Assembly (NCBI GenBank): GCA_963682135.1
Contig: OY821645.1
Span: forward strand, 2,112,001 to 2,176,000
Direction: 5' to 3'
Length of the DNA stretch: 64,000 nucleotides
Source of the DNA: Methanothrix sp.
GTDB taxonomy: Archaea; Halobacteriota; Methanosarcinia; Methanotrichales; Methanotrichaceae
Numbering within the stretch: the stretch's first letter is position 1; every line of letters starts with the position of its first letter. The notes under the pieces are model-generated. The model was not told the DNA's origin, did no database searches, and saw only the letters and a list, made by a program, of their open reading frames with translations. Shown here in pieces: positions 20,894-29,750 of the stretch. Position numbers and translations under genes: made by a program.

Positions 20894-21481
20894 TTATTGA
20901 AGTGAGGGGGAAGATATAAATTTTTCCCCCGGATAGGTTTTTACAAGGTATCTCACTTGAGAACTATGTTCTGCCATACAAGCTGCTGTATAAGCATCTG
21001 GGAGACTACAGCCGGCGGCAAATACGCCGTGGCCGCGAGCAATACATGCCTTATGGTTTTGCAGGGCAATAGATGCAGCCATGGCCAGATCATTTGTGCC
21101 GATTCGGCCCTCAACAATTGGCATTGTTCCCAAAAATAGCAGACCTTCGCTATCCATCGGCTCTACAGCCTTCTGCTCCAATAGAGATAGTGCTACAGCG
21201 TAAGGAGAGTGAGTGTGAATTATGGCCATATTTGCGGTTCTCTGGTAGATGGCCCGGTGAACACAGGTCTCGCTGCTGGCAATCCGATCCAGGTTGCAGG
21301 GACGGCTCAAATCAACCTCCACAACCGTTTTCTCATCCAGCTCGTCGAGCATGCTGCCTGTGCAGGTTATTAAAATCCGATCCTCCAGAAGCCGGCTGAT
21401 ATTTCCAAATCGTGAGCTTGTAAGGCCGGAGAGGACCAATTTCTTGCCGAACCGGGCGATCTCCAGCCAGGCTAAAGACAT
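20894..21481 (-). CDS. Class II aldolase/adducin family protein (FucA-like)
   Basis: FGNIS, ASSETCVH, IIHTHSPY, RGHGVF. Confidence 0.9.
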   Translation of the reverse strand: MSLAWLEIARFGKKLVLSGLTSSRFGNISRLLEDRILITCTGSMLDELDEKTVVEVDLSRPCNLDRIASSETCVHRAIYQRTANMAIIHTHSPYAVALSLLEQKAVEPMDSEGLLFLGTMPIVEGRIGTNDLAMAASIALQNHKACIARGHGVFAAGCSLPDAYTAACMAEHSSQVRYLVKTYPGEKFISSPSLQ

Positions 21482-21488
21482 ACCAGTT

Positions 21489-23390
21489 TCACTCCTTCTC
21501 CAATAGACGGAAAGGGACTGCCTTATCGTCCACCTCCCCGAATTTTCCCAGCAAATCAACCTTTACCTGGTAGTCACCCGGTGTCCAAAAACTCGTCTCC
21601 CAGCGGGCAGAGAAGATGCCATTGCCATCGAAGTCATCCATGGGTATCTCCATATTTCTGTCCGGTCCGACGATGTTGGCATTAATAGTCTTGATATCGC
21701 CCAGAGCCTGGGCCTCAATCATTACCGGCTCGCCTACCCAGGCATCCTTCCGGTTGAGCTTAACTTCCTCCAGAACGGGAGGCGACAGCCCCGATCGAGT
21801 CGCATTAATGCTCTGCAGGGCACCAGTCAGATCAAGTGCCCCGAAGCCATAGGCATTATCCACCCCAGATGGCCCCAGATCGTCAGCCGTCTTGAGCAGC
21901 ACCCTTTTCACATCAGCCGGGGCAAGATCGGACTTTGCTTGCAGCAAGAGCGCCACAGCGCCTGAGACTTGAGGGACGGCCATGGATGTGCCGCTTAATG
22001 AGCTCTTGCCGTTCTTCGATCCGGCCAAGGCGGAGACCACATCAACACCCAACGTTACCAGATCTGGCTTGGTATCGCCGTCGGCCGTCGGTCCGCGCGA
22101 GGATAGATCGAAGATGGTGCCGGAAGTGTCCACAGCGCCCACAGTTATGACATTATCGGCATCTCCGGGAATAACGATCGATGAGGCAGCAGGACCGGAA
22201 TTTCCTGCCGCCACACACATAACCAGCCCATTTTCCACCATTTTGTTGCAGGCTTCATCCAAAAGAGACGAATCGTCCGAAGGGCTTTCGCCACCTACTG
22301 AAAAGGAAACCACCCTAATTCCGTAACGCTCTTTGTTCTTCAAACACCAGTCCAATGCTTTGAGGGCATCAGATAGATAGCATGCTCCTTGCTTGTCCAT
22401 GACCTTGATTACTACCAGCTTTGCTCCCGGTGCCACGCCCGTACCCTTATCTCCGGCGATTAGGCTGGCACAATGGGTACCATGTCCGTTGTCATCATAA
22501 GATTCGGTTTGATTGTTCACGAAATCCTTGAATGCCACAATTTTGCCGGCCAGGGCCTTGTGCTCACCATCAGCGCCGGTATCAATCAGAGCCACAGTCA
22601 CGCCCTCTCCCGTGTATCCCTTATCCATCCTGGGATCATCGATATTCCAGGATCCTTCGCGAGAAGGGGTGGGAGTTGACGGGCTGGCAGACGGACTATC
22701 TATCTGACCGGGCAACACCATAACCTTGAGCTTTTGATCTTTGTAGATGCCTTTGACGCCGTTGGTCCTGGCAATCTTCTCCAGCTTGTCGCCGGATATC
22801 GTCAAGGCGCTCCCTGGCAGGATATTAAAACGATCCTCGGTAGGAGCAACATTGCTCAGATTGCCGTCATGAAGCACTATCACCTTCAGATCCTTCCCGC
22901 CTTGCTTTTCCAGGCTATCCTCGATTCCATTGCCATTGAGGTCATTGGGGTCGCGAATGGTAAGGGTTGCGGATTCGTCCTTTGCCGCATTGCCCGCCTT
23001 GTCGATGGCCACAATTGTAACCTTGTAGGCTCCGGGCGGCAGGTTGGAGCCGCAGTACCCTGTATATCGGCGGTCTTGATTCAGATCCAGCATGAGGTTC
23101 ATGCGATTGCCGATATCGGCGTAGACCATATCTATGCTGCCGGCGTCATGGACAAATGCATTGATTTCGCTTCGCGGAGCGCCCACCTTCAAAGCCGATG
23201 GGCTTACGCTAACCCCATAAATAACCGGAGGAAGACCATCGTCCGCATTTGGCTTGAAGTAGCTCTCATATTCCTTTTCAAACCAGATGCTGGCCTTGTT
23301 GTTATCAAGCGCATTTTGCATGGGGAAAGCGGCCGCACAGCTAAGCAGACCGGCCAATAAAATAAAATAAACAATTGAGCTGGAGTTCAC
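21489..23390 (-). CDS. Secreted S8 subtilisin-like serine protease with N- and C-terminal Ig-like domains
   Basis: IDTG, HGTHCAS, AAGNSG, SGTSMAVP catalytic motifs; signal peptide. Confidence 0.95.
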   Translation of the reverse strand: MNSSSIVYFILLAGLLSCAAAFPMQNALDNNKASIWFEKEYESYFKPNADDGLPPVIYGVSVSPSALKVGAPRSEINAFVHDAGSIDMVYADIGNRMNLMLDLNQDRRYTGYCGSNLPPGAYKVTIVAIDKAGNAAKDESATLTIRDPNDLNGNGIEDSLEKQGGKDLKVIVLHDGNLSNVAPTEDRFNILPGSALTISGDKLEKIARTNGVKGIYKDQKLKVMVLPGQIDSPSASPSTPTPSREGSWNIDDPRMDKGYTGEGVTVALIDTGADGEHKALAGKIVAFKDFVNNQTESYDDNGHGTHCASLIAGDKGTGVAPGAKLVVIKVMDKQGACYLSDALKALDWCLKNKERYGIRVVSFSVGGESPSDDSSLLDEACNKMVENGLVMCVAAGNSGPAASSIVIPGDADNVITVGAVDTSGTIFDLSSRGPTADGDTKPDLVTLGVDVVSALAGSKNGKSSLSGTSMAVPQVSGAVALLLQAKSDLAPADVKRVLLKTADDLGPSGVDNAYGFGALDLTGALQSINATRSGLSPPVLEEVKLNRKDAWVGEPVMIEAQALGDIKTINANIVGPDRNMEIPMDDFDGNGIFSARWETSFWTPGDYQVKVDLLGKFGEVDDKAVPFRLLEKE

Positions 23391-23402
23391 ACTTAGCTCC
23401 AG

Positions 23403-24974
23403 TTATTCATTCTCAAGATTCTTATATTTACTGGTGCTGACGACCTTAATTTTCAGGGCATCCGGGAAGGTCTTTGTGATCTCTCCTAATGTGGCTACAA
23501 CATCGACCCAGTAAGTGCCGGCAGCCACATTGGCATTCCAGATGCCGACAAACTCGTCTCCATCAGATTTGATGCGTTTCATTACTACCCGCGAGACGGT
23601 GTCACCAGAAGGACTCAATAGTTGAGCCGATACCGTGAAGACTTTTTCTGCTGCAGTTCTCTGGGCCTGGGATGTGGAGCCAATCTTGACAGTCCCATCG
23701 GTGCTGCTCAGGTCGGCATATCCCTGCGGCGACCCGAATCCACAGGTAGCACAACCTTTAATGGTCAAAACTGTCTCGCTTGCGTTCTGGTTAGCCGATG
23801 AGCTGTTGTTCATCTCTTCGAAGAGTGCGGTTATCTGGACTACATCACCTATCTTGGCAGGATTGGGCTTGGCATAAGCCTCCTGCAAGGCGATATCTAA
23901 TCGAGGAGAATTGGCCGTCCAATCCAGCCAGGTGTAAATCCTGGCATCATAGCCGAGAAGGCCAAGGGCAAACCAGACCATCGAGGCCTTGACGCCGGTA
24001 TTGGTGTATACCACAACGGGCCGATCCTTTTTAATGGAGGAGAACAGCTCTTTCAAGTCGGCCTCATCTTTTATCCTCTTTCCATCAAGCACTCTGTTGT
24101 AGGGTATATTGATGGCGCCCGGTATCGCTCCAGCATCGAATTCCAGCGAAGTTCTTGCATCAATTATCTGGGGCGTGCCGCTATTCACGAATTCGTAAGT
24201 AGCCATCAGGTCGGCATTTATGGTGGCAATATAGTCTTTAGGAGGCAGCATGACAGCTTTTGTCACCGTGGGTCTGCCTTCCGCTACCCAGTCATCGATA
24301 CCACCATCAAGCATCTTAACATCCTTTTGACCCAGATACTTCAGGACTGCGTATCCAAATCCTGCCGCGGATGGCCCTCCGCCGCACGGCTGGCATTCGC
24401 CGGCAATCTTCACGGCATCGCTTTGGGAAATTCCTGCTTCTCCTAGGATGCGAGCCAGCTTGGATACCGACTTAAGAATGCCTCCCTTTTCCACGAATTG
24501 CGTGTAGGGAATATTGATTGCGCCAGGGATGTACTCTGTGGCATTGGGACTGATATCCAGGATAATGTCTGAATCGTTGATGCTATCAAACGACGCCAGC
24601 ATGCGGGCAAAGCCTGAGCTTCTCTGGGCAATGGCATCGCTGCCCGTTTTACTCGGCAAGGCCAGGCGGGCTGATGAGCGGTTTTGATCTGTCCCTTGCT
24701 TTGCTGTCGCATCATCGGCTTTTTTCGCCTGAAAGCTGGGGTTATTCTCTCGATTATACCGGGGATTAACCAGGCCGCCTGTACTGACCATCACCTCTGT
24801 GGTGGCATTCTCCTTGCCCATGAACACTGCCCACTCGTTATTCAGCACGTCCTGTTGAGTGGTAGGAGATCCGCCTTTACATAGAGAGCATTCTCCACGG
24901 ACACCAGTAACTGCCCCTCCTGCAAATATCGCCACCAAGAGGAGGAGGCTTATGATAATTCTGGAGATATTCAT
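23403..24974 (-). CDS. Secreted tandem-rhodanese-domain protein with CxxC motifs and C-terminal Ig-like domain
   Basis: Signal peptide; IPGAINIPY, LDGG, IIDAR..IPGA, VVVYTNTGVKAS. Confidence 0.88.
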   Translation of the reverse strand: MNISRIIISLLLLVAIFAGGAVTGVRGECSLCKGGSPTTQQDVLNNEWAVFMGKENATTEVMVSTGGLVNPRYNRENNPSFQAKKADDATAKQGTDQNRSSARLALPSKTGSDAIAQRSSGFARMLASFDSINDSDIILDISPNATEYIPGAINIPYTQFVEKGGILKSVSKLARILGEAGISQSDAVKIAGECQPCGGGPSAAGFGYAVLKYLGQKDVKMLDGGIDDWVAEGRPTVTKAVMLPPKDYIATINADLMATYEFVNSGTPQIIDARTSLEFDAGAIPGAINIPYNRVLDGKRIKDEADLKELFSSIKKDRPVVVYTNTGVKASMVWFALGLLGYDARIYTWLDWTANSPRLDIALQEAYAKPNPAKIGDVVQITALFEEMNNSSSANQNASETVLTIKGCATCGFGSPQGYADLSSTDGTVKIGSTSQAQRTAAEKVFTVSAQLLSPSGDTVSRVVMKRIKSDGDEFVGIWNANVAAGTYWVDVVATLGEITKTFPDALKIKVVSTSKYKNLENE

Positions 24975-24994
24975 AGCCTTTGCCCCAATATTAT

Positions 24995-26149
24995 TCAAGA
25001 TGTTGAGTTGATCGCTTCCATCTTGCCTGATTCCACCTGATTTTCCCAGTAATTCACATAGGAGTACAGCTTAGCGTCATAGCCCTGGAGAATCAATGCA
25101 AACCAGACCGCGGAAGCCTTCACGCCCGTATTGGTGTAGACCACTACCGGCTGATTCTTGTCGAGGATAGCGAAGACCCGGTCAAGCTTGCTTTCATCCC
25201 TTATTCTGTTATTGATGACCACATTCTCATTGGGAATGGGGATTGCTCCTGGAATGGATCCCGCACCGAAATCCTCCATGCTTCTTGCATCCACAATTTG
25301 GACGGTGCCGCTCTTTACTAAACTGTAATCGGCTGAAAAATCCGGATTGACCTTCGGAGTGTATACCTTAGCAGGCAAGATCGTAGTCTCTGCGGCCGTA
25401 GACTTTCCGGCTGCTGCCCAATCCTTTACCGTTCCATCCAGAACCCTGACATTCTCCTGGCCCAGAGATCTCATAATCCAGTAGACGAAGGTCGCAGGCG
25501 AGGGGCCTCCACCACAAGGCATGCATTCGCCGTAGATGATCACTGGGTCTTCCCGGGAAATTCCCACGTCACCCAGCAGCTTTGTCATCTCCTCTTCCGA
25601 TCGCAGATATGTTCCATTGATAAGGAAGTTGGTGTAAGGAATGGCAACCGATCCCGCGATGTGCTCTGTGGCTTCCTCGCTAATATCCAGCAAGATCGCA
25701 GATCCGGTTGATTCATTAATGGGAGCAAACATGTTCAATGCCTTGGCACTGCGCACAATGGGAATGTTCTCTTCTGCGACTTTGCGCGTCTCAGTCTTCT
25801 TTGCCACGCTTTCGGTCGTGTTATTCACCGGCGCAACTTCCTGTGCGGTGCTGCTCTTATTTGCGTCATCAGCTTTGCTGAAACCGGCGAGGGGCTGTTT
25901 CCAGATTCCCACCCGGTTCTTCTGAGCCGTGCTCAGGCCAGGCATGACTTCTTCCTTTCCCGCGTTGGGATTGCCTATATTGTCAAGCTTGCTTAATTGA
26001 TAATCTGCACTCGATGCGGAGTCGCCCTTGCAAGCATCGCAATAAGCTTCGCCGGCATTAGCTGCATTTACCAGCATCAATAACGCTAATAACGCTATGA
26101 TGCCCACACCCACCAAACAGGATCCCAAACATGATCTGAATGTTGTCAT
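24995..26149 (-). CDS. Secreted tandem-rhodanese-domain protein with CxxC motifs (paralogue of 23403-24974)
   Basis: Signal peptide; HIAGSVAIPY, VRVLDG, IVDARS..GSIPGA, VVVYTNTGVKAS. Confidence 0.88.
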   Translation of the reverse strand: MTTFRSCLGSCLVGVGIIALLALLMLVNAANAGEAYCDACKGDSASSADYQLSKLDNIGNPNAGKEEVMPGLSTAQKNRVGIWKQPLAGFSKADDANKSSTAQEVAPVNNTTESVAKKTETRKVAEENIPIVRSAKALNMFAPINESTGSAILLDISEEATEHIAGSVAIPYTNFLINGTYLRSEEEMTKLLGDVGISREDPVIIYGECMPCGGGPSPATFVYWIMRSLGQENVRVLDGTVKDWAAAGKSTAAETTILPAKVYTPKVNPDFSADYSLVKSGTVQIVDARSMEDFGAGSIPGAIPIPNENVVINNRIRDESKLDRVFAILDKNQPVVVYTNTGVKASAVWFALILQGYDAKLYSYVNYWENQVESGKMEAINSTS

Positions 26150-26185
26150 CTGTCTCCCCTTTTTAACACAATAATAACTTATGAA

Positions 26186-26200
26186 ATATAAACCTTTTAG
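26186..26200 (-). promoter_or_regulatory. BRE/TATA promoter for the rhodanese-rhodanese-subtilase-aldolase operon
   Basis: Minus-strand CTAAAAGG-TTTATAT ending 36 nt upstream of ATG 26149; GGGAG RBS. Confidence 0.55.
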
Positions 26201-26207
26201 AGGTAAA

Positions 26208-27644
26208 TCAGTGCCTAGAGGTTACCTCTACTTCACCCAGTGTCTCTTGCAGCTCGTATCCTCGCGCGTCTTTTGCGCTCAGAACAATATCATATCTTCC
26301 CGGATCCAGCAAGGCCGTAGAGAAATCTCCCCGATAGATATCTCCTGACAAGACCAGCCGGCTGTAGCCTTGCGCCTCGAATCCATCTTGATATGCTCGA
26401 GCGGTTACCTGCAAGAGATCATAACGGGAATTCAGCTCGACCTTAATGGCCACGGCGTCACCTAATCTTGCTTTCGTAGGATTTATCTCTTTAGAGAGGA
26501 TGGCAATCTGCTTGACCTGCGCGCCCATAATGGGATACTGGTCTTTTCCGCTCTCGCCTATCCTGTAAGGCGCATCCCCGAAACCATCGCTACCTGGGGC
26601 ATCTTGATTTGGTCCTTGCATCTCATCCCGGCCACTGTAGTCGCTCCAGAGGTTTCCGCCCGGAGGATATTTGGCATTCCAGCTGTTTATTCCTCGATCG
26701 TCGGCTTGAATGACATTGTCCATTATGCGATTGCCATAGATTCTATTCTGGCTTGAATCCAGGAATATTCCCGTCTGGCTCTCGGAGATGTTGTTATAAA
26801 TGACGCTATTGCCATCCGAGCGGCTCTGTATCTGCAGTCCATAGCGTCCGTTGTCCCTGATCTCATTTCCGCTAATGGTATTTTGGCCCGAGTCTTCCAT
26901 AAGGGTCAGTCCGGCTACCACGTTATTCTCCATGGTATTGTTGATGATGAGATTCTTCGTGCAATTGAAACGCAGATCCAGGCCGGAGTTGGTATTTCTG
27001 GACAGGTCATTCTTTTCGATCAGGTTTTCAGAGCAATCGGTGAACATGTAAAGGCCGTACATATTTCCATGCAGCAAATTTGCGCGTATGGTATTATTGC
27101 AGCAGGAAGGAAAGAGATTGATGCCGTAAGCGCCGTTGCCGTAGGCCACATTGTTCGTGATGAGGTTGTCGTTGGAGTTGGAGAGGTATATTCCATACCA
27201 GCCTTCTCCCACTATGCCATTAAAGCTGGCATTGTTCCTGGTGATGGTATTCCCGTCGGAAAAGATAAGAGCAATGCCGGGCTGAGCGCAGTAGATTACG
27301 GTGTTGTTGGAGATATTGCAGCCCGAGACGCTGTTGAGCTTAATTCCGTAAAAACCGTCCCGGACGGTAAAGCCGCTTATGGAAACGCCGTTCGCATCTA
27401 TGTTTACGCAGGCGTCTCTATTTCCGGCCCGGATTACCGCACCATTGCCCACCAGATTCAGGCTCTTTTGGATGGTTATTTTGTCGTAGACTCCCCCGGC
27501 TACCTGCAGGGTATCTCCGGGAGAAGCAGCATCAATCGCAGCCTGCAAATCCGAGCTTACAGGTATGGTAGCACCGTTCGCGAAGGAAGAAACCAGTAAA
27601 GCTACAGACAAGATGCAAAAGGCTATAATTCTCAAGCAACCCAC
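26208..27644 (-). CDS. Secreted NosD/CASH parallel beta-helix protein with C-terminal Ig-like domain
   Basis: LQAAIDAASPGDT, repeated GIxLxxSxxNxIxxN units, GGNLWSDY..DGFGDAPY. Confidence 0.9.
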   Translation of the reverse strand: MGCLRIIAFCILSVALLVSSFANGATIPVSSDLQAAIDAASPGDTLQVAGGVYDKITIQKSLNLVGNGAVIRAGNRDACVNIDANGVSISGFTVRDGFYGIKLNSVSGCNISNNTVIYCAQPGIALIFSDGNTITRNNASFNGIVGEGWYGIYLSNSNDNLITNNVAYGNGAYGINLFPSCCNNTIRANLLHGNMYGLYMFTDCSENLIEKNDLSRNTNSGLDLRFNCTKNLIINNTMENNVVAGLTLMEDSGQNTISGNEIRDNGRYGLQIQSRSDGNSVIYNNISESQTGIFLDSSQNRIYGNRIMDNVIQADDRGINSWNAKYPPGGNLWSDYSGRDEMQGPNQDAPGSDGFGDAPYRIGESGKDQYPIMGAQVKQIAILSKEINPTKARLGDAVAIKVELNSRYDLLQVTARAYQDGFEAQGYSRLVLSGDIYRGDFSTALLDPGRYDIVLSAKDARGYELQETLGEVEVTSRH

Positions 27645-27890
27645 CGACGTGAGAATGGTCGAGAGGTTAATAAAGCTTGCGTATATTGAACGGAATGTGC
27701 AACTTCCTTAAGAAAAGTAGCTTTGTTGAGGCAGCCGTAATTGGGGCAAAGAGATTTTCCGCCATTTCTAGAGTGTGTCCCTTATGCCCCTTCTGATCGT
27801 CTACATGTTTACTTATGCTAACACGTACCATGTCAATCGATGGAATTATAAGGCCGCAATCGAATCAATACCAATATTCCGTGAGCGGAT

Positions 27891-28199
27891 GTGATAGAGA
27901 TTCTGACCGAGAAGGTGAGCGGTGAGCTTGAGATGCTACAACGGCACCTGGTCATCCTCAAGCAAGTGGTAGAGAATGAGCCCATAGGCATCCTCAAGCT
28001 GGCAGAGGAGACAAAGATTCCCAGCCATAAGGTACGTTATTCCCTGAGAGTTTTGGAGCAGGAAGGATTGATCAAGGCTTCCGCCCCAGGAGCGGTGACC
28101 ACGGAGGAAACCCAATTTTTTCTAAAAGAGCTGGACGGCATGATTGAGAATCTTGCCAAGCGGACCGAGGATTTGTTGAAGATCAAGATAGCGAGGTAA
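27891..28199 (+). CDS. Small winged-helix predicted transcriptional regulator
   Basis: RHLVILKQVVENEPIGILKLAEETKIPSHKVRYSLRVLEQEGLI wHTH pattern. Confidence 0.85.
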   Translation: MIEILTEKVSGELEMLQRHLVILKQVVENEPIGILKLAEETKIPSHKVRYSLRVLEQEGLIKASAPGAVTTEETQFFLKELDGMIENLAKRTEDLLKIKIAR

Positions 28200-29501
28200 A
28201 TGCACTATTCTCGAATTGCCAGGGCCCTGCAAGAGATCTCCCATGCCCCACGCAGCGCCAAGGCCGATCTGGCAGCGGGCCTTCTCTCTGAAATTGAGCC
28301 TGACATCGAGATGCTTTGTCCAGCTGTGCGGCTGCTGTTGGGAGAGCTTTGGCCACCCTGGGAAAAAAGGGAGATGGGCATCGGCCCAGAGGCCCTCATG
28401 ACGGCATTGGCGGAGGTATCCGATCAAGATATACCGTCACTGCGGGAGAGATTCCATGATATGGGAAAGGTGGCCGAAGATGCTCTGGGGCAGAAAGGGC
28501 AGCATTCCCTTTTTCACGAGCCTCTAGAAGCCATATCGGTATATGAAAGGCTTCGGCGCATCTCCGAGATGAGCGGCAAAGAATCAGAGCAACGTAAGAA
28601 TGCTCTGCTAAGGGGCCTATTTTTAGAATCAACACCACTGGAAGGAAAGTATATCGCACGCACTGCTCTACGAAACATGCAGGCAGGTATCGGGCATAAG
28701 ACCATGATTGCCGCGCTCTGTTTGGCATTTCACTGCGAGCCGGAAAAAATGTTAAGGGCTTATCGCGTCTTGCCGGATCTCGGCAAAATCGCATTTTTGG
28801 CCCAAAAAGGGCAGCTAGAAGGAGTAGCCATGCGGCCCAAGACACCAATTCGATTCATGATCATTCGCTCCGGCGAGCCTGTAATTCCAGGAGCCTTTCT
28901 TCCCAAGTATCCAGGCCTAAGGGTGCAGGTTCATAAAACCGATAAAGAGACGCTCATCTTTACCTCAAGTCTACGGAACATTACATCAACCCTGGAGAGC
29001 CTGTCTCAGTGTGTTGGGAATATCGATGCGGATTTCATCATGGATGCCGATCTCATCGGTTTTCGGGAGGGGATTATTTGCAGTCGGGCGGAGATGTTGA
29101 AGTACATCAATCGCCGTCGCCTATCCCGCAAGAGCAGAATCTCGCCGGCATTGATGGCCTATGATTTGATTTTTCTGGACGGAGAAGCCCTGATATCTTT
29201 AGATTACCGAGAGAGACGAATGAAGTTGTTATCGGTTGTAGGAGGGCCGAAAGATCTACCCTATGAGGCATTTTCCTCTGCTAAGGAGGAATTGATTGAG
29301 GGCCGCCAAGATGCCGATCGCTGTTTGGAGCAAGGACTCCGAAAGGGCATTAGAAGATGGATGACGCGAGAGCTGAAAGCGCCATACCATCCCGGTGAAA
29401 GAAGCTATCTGGATTTTTTCGTCACGAGTAAGGATTTTATTAATCAAGGTTCGTCCGGAAAAAATTCTGCGGTGGAAAGAAGCAGACCCTCTGACGAATG
29501 A
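28200..29501 (+). CDS. ATP-dependent DNA ligase homologue, degenerate motifs and no OB domain (possibly interrupted)
   Basis: Ligase DBD (LGELWPPWEKREMGIG, TPLEGKYIAR); motif I KYPGLRVQVH, IIIa YDLIFLDG, PYHPGERS. Confidence 0.8.
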   Translation: MHYSRIARALQEISHAPRSAKADLAAGLLSEIEPDIEMLCPAVRLLLGELWPPWEKREMGIGPEALMTALAEVSDQDIPSLRERFHDMGKVAEDALGQKGQHSLFHEPLEAISVYERLRRISEMSGKESEQRKNALLRGLFLESTPLEGKYIARTALRNMQAGIGHKTMIAALCLAFHCEPEKMLRAYRVLPDLGKIAFLAQKGQLEGVAMRPKTPIRFMIIRSGEPVIPGAFLPKYPGLRVQVHKTDKETLIFTSSLRNITSTLESLSQCVGNIDADFIMDADLIGFREGIICSRAEMLKYINRRRLSRKSRISPALMAYDLIFLDGEALISLDYRERRMKLLSVVGGPKDLPYEAFSSAKEELIEGRQDADRCLEQGLRKGIRRWMTRELKAPYHPGERSYLDFFVTSKDFINQGSSGKNSAVERSRPSDE

Positions 29502-29750
29502 TTGATACGATCTACCCAGATAGAGATCATGGCGGTGGTCTACTATATATACAAAGAATTCGAAAGTGTATGGTGTCAATCTCCAAAAAAAGAATGGATA
29601 ATCTGTGGAAATATATGAGGTGCTTTGGAAGAAGCAGTAACTATGAAATTGCATATCAGACCCATGCCGGGAGCAGCTTTCAGCCGGTTGATGACTCAGG
29701 GCTCTTTCAGGAAGCCAAAGGCGACATAAAATAACAATTGGAGTTGAATT

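Noticed and set aside
27743-27790. GGGGCA...TGCCCC long-loop hairpin as another sRNA member
   Set aside because: Short imperfect stem and no well-spaced TATA box
29498-29734. 78-aa ORF between the ligase homologue and the TPR gene
   Set aside because: No family signal and no ligase OB similarity; probably junction DNA
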